A program made the position numbers and the translations under genes. Source: Saprospiraceae bacterium (GTDB lineage Bacteria; Bacteroidota; Bacteroidia; Chitinophagales; Saprospiraceae). From it: a stretch of 29,351 nucleotides of DNA. The stretch is taken from contig DATHZY010000283.1 in the NCBI GenBank assembly GCA_035458325.1, positions 1-29,351 of the forward strand. The letters run 5' to 3'. This document shows, piece by piece, positions 1 to 7,633 of this stretch. The notes beneath the pieces are model-generated. The model was not told the DNA's origin. It made no database searches and saw nothing but the letters and a program-made list of their open reading frames with translations. Every line of letters starts with the position of its first letter. Position 1 is the stretch's first letter.

Positions 1-1
1 C

Positions 2-580
2 AAGAAGTTTTCTTACGGTTCATCCTGGGCTACCCATATTTCCATCTTTGCAGAGTATGCACAAGGTGGAAGGTATAGCTACACCTATTCAGGCGATATC
101 AACAATGACGGTTCAGGCTTAAATGACCTGATGTATATTCCCACAGTGGGTGAGCTGAGCCAAATGGATTTTGTCGCTACACCTGATGCTACTGCCGAAC
201 AACAACGTGATGCCTTCAACAATTATATTGAACAGGATGCATACCTGAGTGAACACCGCGGCGAAATCGCTGAAAAATATGGAGCCGTTAGCCCCTGGTA
301 TTCACGTTGGGATATGCGCGTCATCCAGGAATTCGGCTTGAGCAATGGCAGCAATATCCAGTTGAGTATCGATATCCTCAATGTAGGAAACCTGATCAGT
401 TCAGATTGGGGCGTCAGGGAGATTGCTACCACGACTGGACTTGCACAACCGATTGGTGTGTCTGTTTCGAATGGTGTTCCGTCCTACAGGTTTGATACTG
501 CTCAGACGGCTTCTATCTTTAATGACTTTAGCCTCAATAGCAGATGGCAGGCCCAGGTGGGTTTGAGATACACTTTCTAA
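2..580 (+). CDS. TonB-dependent outer membrane receptor, Oar-like, C-terminal fragment (5' end lies outside the window)
   Basis: The frame is open from position 2 (KKFSYGSSWATHISIFAEYAQGGRYSYTYSGDINNDG...NDLMYIP) to TAA at 578-580. It contains amphipathic beta-strands and the DI(L)NVGN motif, and ends RWQAQVGLRYTF with a terminal Phe typical of outer membrane barrels. Confidence 0.8.
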   Translation, partial: KKFSYGSSWATHISIFAEYAQGGRYSYTYSGDINNDGSGLNDLMYIPTVGELSQMDFVATPDATAEQQRDAFNNYIEQDAYLSEHRGEIAEKYGAVSPWYSRWDMRVIQEFGLSNGSNIQLSIDILNVGNLISSDWGVREIATTTGLAQPIGVSVSNGVPSYRFDTAQTASIFNDFSLNSRWQAQVGLRYTF

Positions 581-582
581 CC

Positions 583-622
583 GAGAGTAAGACTGTGAGA
601 GAGTGAGAGAGTAAGAGGTGTT
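583..622 (+). repeat. Degenerate 8-nt tandem array (GAGAGTRA-like, about 5 units)
   Basis: gagagtaa gactgtga gagagtga gagagtaa gaggtgtt, starting 2 nt after the receptor stop codon. Confidence 0.7.
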
Positions 623-629
623 AATAGAC

Positions 630-687
630 ACGATAATAAAAAGGGTAGAGACGCGATTTATCGAGTCTCTACCCTTTTTATTATCGT
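630..687. repeat. Long palindrome with a GTAG-type REP-like core
   Basis: Perfect 23-bp inverted repeat (630-652 / 665-687) around gcgatttatcga. The core 645-672 reads GTAGAGACGCGATTTATCGAGTCTCTAC. Confidence 0.8.
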
Positions 688-736
688 ATCGATCTGGCAC
701 CGTGATGCAATATCTTAGCTAAATGAAAAATAAGTT

Positions 737-1393
737 ATGTACGATATCATCGATTTAGCGCATTGGAAGCGAAAGGAGTTGTTTGACTTCTTTACCTCGT
801 ATGACAATCCCACATGGGATCTGATGTGTGATGTGCGGATTACAGCTTTTTACAAGGCTGTAAAAGCTAATGAATATCCTTTTTTCCTGGCTTTCCTGTA
901 TGTTGGATCCCTGGCATGTAATCGTATTGAAGAGTTACGTTGTCGTATTGATAGAGACGGAAATGTGCGACGGTATCAAGCGGTACATCCCGGTTCTACC
1001 ATCCTGTATGATAATGGTACGTATGGTTTCGGATATTTTAATTTTCAGCATGATTTCAGTGATTTTATTACGGACGCAAAGGAAATATTTCAAAGACAAA
1101 AGGAAAGGAAAGGGGTCGACGCAAACGATGATGACCTGGCCAGGATTTATTTTTCACCGATACCATGGGTTTCTTTTTCAGGGTTTCGCCATCCTTTCAG
1201 GAAGGCTGGGAATACGTCAGTACCCATGATTGTGTTCGGTAAGCATTATGAACGCGATGGGGAAAGGTATCTTCCGGTAGGATTGACCCTTCACCATGGC
1301 CTGGCAGACGGATACCACGCGGGTCAGTTTTTCATCCTGCTCCAGGAGCTTTTGGATCAACCTGATCTGTATATCAATGGAGAGAAAGCTTAA
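737..1393 (+). CDS. cat: Chloramphenicol acetyltransferase type A family (CatA-like O-acetyltransferase)
   Basis: 218 aa. N-terminal IDLxxWKRKExFxFF, IPWVSFS and the active-site motif HHGLADGYH (compare HHAVCDGFH of type A CATs). Confidence 0.85.
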   Translation: MYDIIDLAHWKRKELFDFFTSYDNPTWDLMCDVRITAFYKAVKANEYPFFLAFLYVGSLACNRIEELRCRIDRDGNVRRYQAVHPGSTILYDNGTYGFGYFNFQHDFSDFITDAKEIFQRQKERKGVDANDDDLARIYFSPIPWVSFSGFRHPFRKAGNTSVPMIVFGKHYERDGERYLPVGLTLHHGLADGYHAGQFFILLQELLDQPDLYINGEKA

Positions 1394-1403
1394 TCTTTGG
1401 AGC

Positions 1404-1832
1404 TTATTTTTTTAGCAGGAAGTCGATTGCCATTCGATAACCCTCCAATCCATAACCTGTATAGTGGGTAACACATACGGCTGTCAGGTAGCTATGCCAG
1501 CGGAAGGATTCCCTTTTATAGATGTCCGAGATATGTACTTCTACTACAGGATTTTCAATAGACGCGACAGCATCTCTCAAAGAGATGGAAGTATGCGATA
1601 AACCTCCGGCATTCAGGATGATGCCTGTATTTTTTTCAAAACCAAATTGGTGCAGTTGATCTATCAGCACACCTTCATGATTTGTCTGCATGTAAGACAA
1701 TGGTATGCCCGGATACTTTGCGAGTAATGTTTCAAAGTACTCCTTAAATGATGTTGTGCCATATACCATTGGTTCTCTTTTCCCCAGGAGGTTGAGATTG
1801 GGTCCGTTGAGGATATGGATTTTGTCGATCAT
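1404..1832 (-). CDS. aroQ: Type II 3-dehydroquinate dehydratase
   Basis: 142 aa with the signature motifs ILNGPNLNLLGKREP, QTNHEG, NAGGLSHTS and VEVHISDIYKRESFR. Confidence 0.97.
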   Translation of the reverse strand: MIDKIHILNGPNLNLLGKREPMVYGTTSFKEYFETLLAKYPGIPLSYMQTNHEGVLIDQLHQFGFEKNTGIILNAGGLSHTSISLRDAVASIENPVVEVHISDIYKRESFRWHSYLTAVCVTHYTGYGLEGYRMAIDFLLKK

Positions 1833-1842
1833 TCAGCTGAAA

Positions 1843-1909
1843 GTGAGTTGTGAGTTGTGAGTTGTGAGTAGAGAGGCGCACCTCACGTCTCACGTCTCAC
1901 GCCTCCCGT
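1843..1909 (-). repeat. Paired 7-nt tandem arrays in the recQ-aroQ spacer
   Basis: On the + strand: (gtgagtt)x3 gtgagta at 1843-1870 and ctcacgt ctcacgt ctcacgc ctcccgt at 1882-1909. The GTGAG and CTCAC cores are mutually complementary. Confidence 0.9.
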
Positions 1910-1923
1910 AAGGAATCAGTTTG

Positions 1924-4119
1924 TTAATTCGCAATATCCGACAAGAACTTAATCCGGACCAACTGGATCTCTTCTACGGTGATGTCATCATCCTTGAGTG
2001 CCTGATAGGCATCATTGAAGGAGTCAGAAGAGGCATTCATAAAATATTCATAGATCTCTTCCTGGATGCTTTCATCTACGGTCTCCAGGCAGTATTGAAT
2101 ATCAATCTTGGTGCCGCTGCTGACGATGATATCGAGTTCTTCGAGGAGTTCATCCCAGCCAAGGTTGTTGGTCTTCTGAATATCTTCAAGTGGCATCTTG
2201 CGGTCGATCGATTGAATGATCTGGACTTTGGTCCTTGATTTATTGGCAACCTGTCGCACGACCATATCACTGGGTCGTTCGATTTCATTATCCTCTACGT
2301 ATTTCTTGATGACCTCGACAAACGACTTTCCGTATTTCTGTGCCTTGCCCATGGATACCCCACTGATACTGGAGAGTTCTTCCATGTTGACCGGATAATG
2401 CGTAGCCATTTCATGTAACGAGACATCCTGGAAGACAGCCCATGTAGGTACACCTTTTTTCTTCGCTTCTTTCCTGCGCAAATCTTCAAGCTGGGCTACC
2501 AGCACTTCATCTAACGCAACCATTTTTGCAGGTACTTCGTCAGAGGCCATTTTCTCTTCTGAAAAATCACGGTTGAGAGGAATCTTGAAACTCTTTGGTT
2601 TCTTGATATAGGCTTTGCCCTGCGCGGTAACTTTTAAGACGCCGTAATTTTCAATTTCCTTTTCCAATAAACCAGCCAGTAAGGCCTGGCGTACGATAGA
2701 ATACCAGAAGACCTCACCTTTTTCGACCCCTGCAGCATATCCTTCCAGTTTGCTGAATTCATACTCATTCATTTCCTTGCTGGATTTGCCCATCAGGAAG
2801 TCCACAATGACTTTGGTGGAATAGCCTTCCTTGAGCTTCAGGACAACTTCAAGGGCAGCCTTGACTTCATTCTTGACTTCGTGTTTTTCTTTCGGATATC
2901 TGCAATTATCACAGAAGCCTCCGCAATTGGAATCATCATATTCTTCTCCAAAATAGTGAAGTAAGAATTTACGACGGCATCCGCTGGTTTCGGCGTAGGC
3001 AACTACTTCTTCCAGGAGTTGGCCGCCCATTTCACGCTCGGCCACCGGCTTATCACGCAGGAATTTTTCAAGTTTATAGATATCCTTAGGCGCATAGAAG
3101 GAATAGCACGAACCTTCAAGTCCGTCACGACCTCCACGACCTGTTTCCTGATAATAATTTTCTATACTCTTTGGAATGTCATAGTGAATCACCACGCGCA
3201 CATCCGGCTTGTCAATTCCCATCCCGAATGCGATGGTTGCGCAAATGACCTTTACCTCTTCACTCAGGAATGAATCCTGTACATGGGCCCTTGATTTGGC
3301 ATCCATGCCAGCATGGTACGGAGCTGCTGAGATCCCGTTCAGGTTGAGCATTTCGGCCAGTTCTTCAGTAGTCTTCCTGGCCTGTACGTAGATGATAGCG
3401 GAAGGGCCTCCTTTCCCTTTCAGGATTTGAAGTATTTCCTTGATCGTCTGGTCCTTTCCGAGTTTGGGGCGCACCTCATAATACAAGTTAGGCCTGTTGA
3501 AACTGGATATAAACTTTCGCTCATTTTTCATTTCCAGACTCTTGACAATATCTGTCTGGACTTTAGGTGTCGCTGTGGCGGTCAGGGCAATGACAGGAAT
3601 GTTATCGCCTATACGTTCGATCATTGAACGTATGTTGCGATACTCCGGACGGAAATCGTGTCCCCATTCGGATATACAATGCGCTTCATCCACGGCCACG
3701 AAGGACACATTCGTATTCCTGAAAAACTCAAGGTTTTCTTCCTTGGTCAATGTCTCCGGAGCAACATATAATAATTTGGTAGCACCGCTGGCGATGTCCT
3801 CTTTTACCTGGGCTATTTCCTTGCGGCCGAGAGATGAATTCAGGAAGTGGGCTATGACATCTCCTTCGCTATATCCGCGGATAGCATCCACTTGATTTTT
3901 CATCAGCGCGATCAATGGGGAAATAATAATGGCTGTGCCTTCCATCATCAACGCAGGTAACTGGTAACAAAGTGACTTGCCTCCACCTGTCGGCATGATC
4001 ACCAGGCAGTCTCTGCCGTCTATCACCGTTTGTATAATAGCTTCCTGTTCATCCTTAAACTGATTGAAACCGAAATACTCGTGTAAGGACGCCTGGAGAT
4101 CAACTACATGCTCGCTCAT
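1924..4119 (-). CDS. recQ: ATP-dependent DNA helicase RecQ
   Basis: 731 aa. Walker A MPTGGGKSLCYQLP, DEAH box, ALTATA, ATIAFGMGIDKPDVR, YYQETGRGGRDG, Zn-binding C...CxxxCDNC, followed by HRDC-like and C-terminal helical domains. Confidence 0.97.
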   Translation of the reverse strand: MSEHVVDLQASLHEYFGFNQFKDEQEAIIQTVIDGRDCLVIMPTGGGKSLCYQLPALMMEGTAIIISPLIALMKNQVDAIRGYSEGDVIAHFLNSSLGRKEIAQVKEDIASGATKLLYVAPETLTKEENLEFFRNTNVSFVAVDEAHCISEWGHDFRPEYRNIRSMIERIGDNIPVIALTATATPKVQTDIVKSLEMKNERKFISSFNRPNLYYEVRPKLGKDQTIKEILQILKGKGGPSAIIYVQARKTTEELAEMLNLNGISAAPYHAGMDAKSRAHVQDSFLSEEVKVICATIAFGMGIDKPDVRVVIHYDIPKSIENYYQETGRGGRDGLEGSCYSFYAPKDIYKLEKFLRDKPVAEREMGGQLLEEVVAYAETSGCRRKFLLHYFGEEYDDSNCGGFCDNCRYPKEKHEVKNEVKAALEVVLKLKEGYSTKVIVDFLMGKSSKEMNEYEFSKLEGYAAGVEKGEVFWYSIVRQALLAGLLEKEIENYGVLKVTAQGKAYIKKPKSFKIPLNRDFSEEKMASDEVPAKMVALDEVLVAQLEDLRRKEAKKKGVPTWAVFQDVSLHEMATHYPVNMEELSSISGVSMGKAQKYGKSFVEVIKKYVEDNEIERPSDMVVRQVANKSRTKVQIIQSIDRKMPLEDIQKTNNLGWDELLEELDIIVSSGTKIDIQYCLETVDESIQEEIYEYFMNASSDSFNDAYQALKDDDITVEEIQLVRIKFLSDIAN

Positions 4120-4295
4120 CGCTGCTTCTATTTTATCTAAATATACTAAAAAGTAAAGTCCCGGTAGCTATGAAGCCACGGAGCTAGAAATTAAATATCT
4201 GTCTTGAAAAGGTGTTAAAGTGGAGCGATATCAAAACATTTATGCTGATGATTCAGCGCAGATCTGGGGGAAGATTTGGCTACCATCATCGTTTC

Positions 4296-4303
4296 CAAAT
4301 ATA
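4296..4303 (-). promoter_or_regulatory. Candidate Bacteroidota sigmaA -7 element for recQ
   Basis: The + strand CAAATATA reads TATATTTG on the minus strand, matching TAnnTTTG, about 175 nt upstream of the recQ start. Confidence 0.4.
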
Positions 4304-4373
4304 CAATTTTTATTGGTACCAACGAATGTATCTTTTCAAGATAAAAAGAAGATTATTTGGCCTGGAGGATAGT

Positions 4374-4874
4374 TTATTTGCCGGACAGTTCCTTGATGAC
4401 CTTTTCAAGTTCATATTCATCACCCGGTGTATAACCTTCATGTTGGTATAGAATATTGCCTTCCGCATCAACCACAAAGGTTTGAGGTATGGCCTGGAAA
4501 TTGAGCGCTTGCTGTAACTCCTGTTTAGAATCTACCAGGATATCAAATTCCCAGCCTTTCTCTTCGATCAGGGGCTTAACCTGGGTCAGTGCGCGTGCGT
4601 TATCAATAGTGATAGCGACTAACCTGACATCATATGCCTCTGTCCATTCAGGGTATAATTCTCCTATGGCATCGAGTTCCCTTTTGCATGGGGCACACCA
4701 GGTGGCCCAGAAACTCAGGATCGTGTATTTGCTGTCTTTCGCGTATTCCTGGATTTTCACTGGTTTGCCCTGCAGATCTGTGATCGTGATATCCGGTAAC
4801 TTTTTGGTCACCCCGGAAGGGGTAAAACTGAAGGAAATCGAGGCTAAAGCAAAGAAAATCAGTAATTTATTCAC
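4374..4874 (-). CDS. TlpA/ResA-family exported thiol:disulfide oxidoreductase
   Basis: 166 aa, GTG start. Hydrophobic signal peptide, FWATWCAPC (CxxC), cis-Pro loop AIPQTFVVD and HEGYTPGDE. Confidence 0.9.
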   Translation of the reverse strand: MNKLLIFFALASISFSFTPSGVTKKLPDITITDLQGKPVKIQEYAKDSKYTILSFWATWCAPCKRELDAIGELYPEWTEAYDVRLVAITIDNARALTQVKPLIEEKGWEFDILVDSKQELQQALNFQAIPQTFVVDAEGNILYQHEGYTPGDEYELEKVIKELSGK

Positions 4875-4948
4875 GTTATGATGGTTTGAATGTAATCGGA
4901 ATCTTCAGGTAAGGTAAAGAAATGACCTCTTACCTTCACTCAAATATC

Positions 4949-4956
4949 TATTTTTG
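4949..4956 (+). promoter_or_regulatory. Candidate -7 element for the barrel/Omp28 genes
   Basis: TATTTTTG matches TAnnTTTG, 57 nt before the ATG at 5014. Confidence 0.4.
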
Positions 4957-5013
4957 GAGCCAATTGATTCCCAGATTCCTTCCCTTTTAACGAATCATTA
5001 ATCATACAGGTTT

Positions 5014-6669
5014 ATGTCAGTGTACCGGATCCTCGCCCTTTTTATCTGTTCAACGCTTTCTTCCCTTGTTTATTCTCAGGAGCAATTGAGCGTATCTGGT
5101 AGCCTTGATAATAACACCTATTTCTACCTCTATGATGAAAAGATCGTCCCCCCGGGCATCCCGCAGTACGAGCGCCAGCAGATAGGTTTGGAGACCTGGT
5201 TGTCATTACGGGCCCAGATTGCCGGATTTGATTTTGGGATGCGCTATGACATATTTGAAAATTCCGCACTGCTCAATCCTACTGATTCATATACAGCGCA
5301 GGGAATCGGAAGGTGGTATGCCGGAAAGAAACTTGGAAAACTCTCCATCCTTGGAGGGTATATCTACGACCAAATAGGTAGTGGTATCATTTTCAGGGCG
5401 TATGAGGAAAGACCCTTACTCATAGATAATGCCCTGGTCGGTCTAAAGGTTGGTTACGAGATATCGCCGGATTGGACGATCAAGGGTATCGCCGGGCGCC
5501 AGAAGAACCTTTTTGACCTTTATGAGTCTGTGATTACTGGAATTAACATCGATGGATTTAAGTCTTTCGGCGAAGAAGGCAAGGTCACGATCGCCCCTGG
5601 TTTTGGAGCCATTCACAAAACGTTATCCGATGCACAAATGGATGCCCTGGCTGGAACACTGAGCCAATACACCCCCGAAGATTTTATCGACTCTGTACCC
5701 TACAATACCGTCTCCCTGTCTTTGTATAATACACTTTCGACTGGGCGCTTTTCCTGGTATATCGAAGGGGCATATAAAACAGAAGAAGTCATCAATGATA
5801 TCTATGCAACGAGTACCTTATGGACAGGTGTAGAGTCCGTAGGTAAGTTTGTTCTTACAGATGGATATGTCTTTTATACCACCTTGTCCTATGTCGGCGA
5901 TGGCCTGGGATTATCTGCACAATATAAGCGGACAAGCAATTTTGTTTCGAGGGCAGATCCGTTTGTTACAGGTAACCGGGGCTTAATAGATTTCCTCCCA
6001 CCAATGGCCAGAGTCAACACCTATCGACTCACTTCGAGGTACGCACCCGCTACGCAGGAACTGGATGAGGAAGCCTTTCAGATTGATGCAAGGTATGCCG
6101 TCAATAAGAAGCTGAGTTTCCTGGTTAATTACGCACGTATCACCCGTCCGGAAGCGGAAGAAAACCGTAATATCTACGATGAAGTCTATGCCCAGTTTAC
6201 GCTTAAGAAACCTAAGAAGTGGACAATGATCGGAGGTGTCCAGTACCTTCTTTATGATCAGGAACTTTATCAGGGCAAAGCGGGTGTACCTATAGTAGAA
6301 GCGATAACACCTTTTATAGATTACCTGTACAAGTTTGATCAGAAGAAATCTATACGCACGGAGATACAGTATATGTCAACCGAACAGGATTATGGAAGCT
6401 GGTTATATGCGCTTGCAGAATTTTCCATTTCACCACATTGGCTTTTCGAACTTTCCGATATGTATAATATCGCTCCGACCGTTAAAGAAGATGGTAAAGC
6501 AGGTGAAAAACTCCACTATCCAACAGCCGGGGTTGTCTATTCTGCCGGATCCACCCGATACTCCTTACGATATGTCAAGCAGGTGGAAGGTGTGGTCTGT
6601 TCCGGAGGAATTTGCAGATTGGAACCCGCCTTCAGCGGCGTTAAATTGAATATTAGTGCCAATTTTTAA
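5014..6669 (+). CDS. Outer membrane beta-barrel protein, DUF6029-like
   Basis: 551 aa. Signal peptide, alternating aromatic/hydrophobic beta-strands, GxxYxQxGSGxxFRxYEE segment, C-terminal GVVCSGGICRLEPAFSG and a terminal Phe. The position between TlpA and Omp28-like genes matches my recollection of DUF6029 loci. Confidence 0.7.
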   Translation: MSVYRILALFICSTLSSLVYSQEQLSVSGSLDNNTYFYLYDEKIVPPGIPQYERQQIGLETWLSLRAQIAGFDFGMRYDIFENSALLNPTDSYTAQGIGRWYAGKKLGKLSILGGYIYDQIGSGIIFRAYEERPLLIDNALVGLKVGYEISPDWTIKGIAGRQKNLFDLYESVITGINIDGFKSFGEEGKVTIAPGFGAIHKTLSDAQMDALAGTLSQYTPEDFIDSVPYNTVSLSLYNTLSTGRFSWYIEGAYKTEEVINDIYATSTLWTGVESVGKFVLTDGYVFYTTLSYVGDGLGLSAQYKRTSNFVSRADPFVTGNRGLIDFLPPMARVNTYRLTSRYAPATQELDEEAFQIDARYAVNKKLSFLVNYARITRPEAEENRNIYDEVYAQFTLKKPKKWTMIGGVQYLLYDQELYQGKAGVPIVEAITPFIDYLYKFDQKKSIRTEIQYMSTEQDYGSWLYALAEFSISPHWLFELSDMYNIAPTVKEDGKAGEKLHYPTAGVVYSAGSTRYSLRYVKQVEGVVCSGGICRLEPAFSGVKLNISANF

Positions 6670-6691
6670 CTGACTTAATTTTTTGACCGTA

Positions 6692-7540
6692 ATGGCAAAC
6701 CATAACAAACCTTCAACAAGAGTACACCTTTATATTTCAGGCATTGTATTGATTTCCCTGATGTTCAGCGGATGCTATGAGGAACAAAGGGTTATCCAAC
6801 CTTTTGTTCCGACAGGAAACCGCGTGGTGCTGATCGAAGAGTTTACCGGCAAGGGATGTACCAACTGCCCCAAAGGCAGCAGGGAACTGGAAAATCTATT
6901 AACCCAATTTCCGAATAATCTGGTTGCTGTATCCTTGCATGCAGGTTTTTTTGCTAACCCATCGTTCTTTCCCCTGGGTACGTATGATTTGCGTACTGAG
7001 GAAGGTGAGTTCTTAATAGAATATCTCTCGCAACCCCTCGGTTACCCTTCAGGCGTGGTCAACCGAACACCGGTCAACGGTGATATGCAGATCAGCTTGA
7101 ATCAATGGGCTTCGGCCATTACCTCTGCAATCCAGGTTCCACCGGCAATAGACATCAGTATTGTGCGAACATATGATGTGCAGTCAAGGCAGTTAGTTGT
7201 TACCGTTTCAGGTATTGGCAAAGAAGCGTTGTCAGGAGAAATACGCCTTTCCATCATGTTGACGGAGAGCGGCATTATAGATGCCCAGGATGATTTCGAA
7301 GCGGGAGGTATCGTCGAGGATTACGAGCATAAACATGTTTTGAGGGACATGATGACCCCTGTTACCGGTGCCCCGGTGCTATCCGCTATTACCACTGGTC
7401 AAACCTTTAGCGAAACATTTACGAAAACGCTGGACGATAGTTGGGACGCTGACAAAATGGAAATCATCGCGTTCGTATCCCTCGTCAACGGGTCTGTTTT
7501 TCCTGTTCTGCAGGCTGCTTCCGTTCATCTGGCAGAATAA
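6692..7540 (+). CDS. Omp28-related outer membrane lipoprotein (thioredoxin-like domain plus Ig-like domain)
   Basis: Lipobox LMFSG-C, VLIEEFTGKGCTNCP (CxxC), GYPSGVVNR cis-Pro loop, and LTESGI...Q...YEHKHVLR. ATG 6692 is preferred over TTG 6683. Confidence 0.85.
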   Translation: MANHNKPSTRVHLYISGIVLISLMFSGCYEEQRVIQPFVPTGNRVVLIEEFTGKGCTNCPKGSRELENLLTQFPNNLVAVSLHAGFFANPSFFPLGTYDLRTEEGEFLIEYLSQPLGYPSGVVNRTPVNGDMQISLNQWASAITSAIQVPPAIDISIVRTYDVQSRQLVVTVSGIGKEALSGEIRLSIMLTESGIIDAQDDFEAGGIVEDYEHKHVLRDMMTPVTGAPVLSAITTGQTFSETFTKTLDDSWDADKMEIIAFVSLVNGSVFPVLQAASVHLAE

Positions 7541-7568
7541 CCAAAGGCCCTAAGGCTCAAATTAAACT

Positions 7569-7576
7569 TATCTTTG
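7569..7576 (+). promoter_or_regulatory. Bacteroidota sigmaA -7 element for pheT
   Basis: TATCTTTG followed by C, a consensus TAnnTTTG, about 58 nt upstream of ATG 7634. Confidence 0.6.
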
Positions 7577-7633
7577 CCGCCCTGATTACCCCGGCATGGG
7601 GTGAGCATTATACATTCGAAAAGAGAAGTAAAA

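Noticed and set aside
4212-4451. 79-aa + strand ORF in the recQ-tlpA spacer
   Set aside because: GTG start, overlaps the tlpA 3' end in antisense, atypical composition and no motif.
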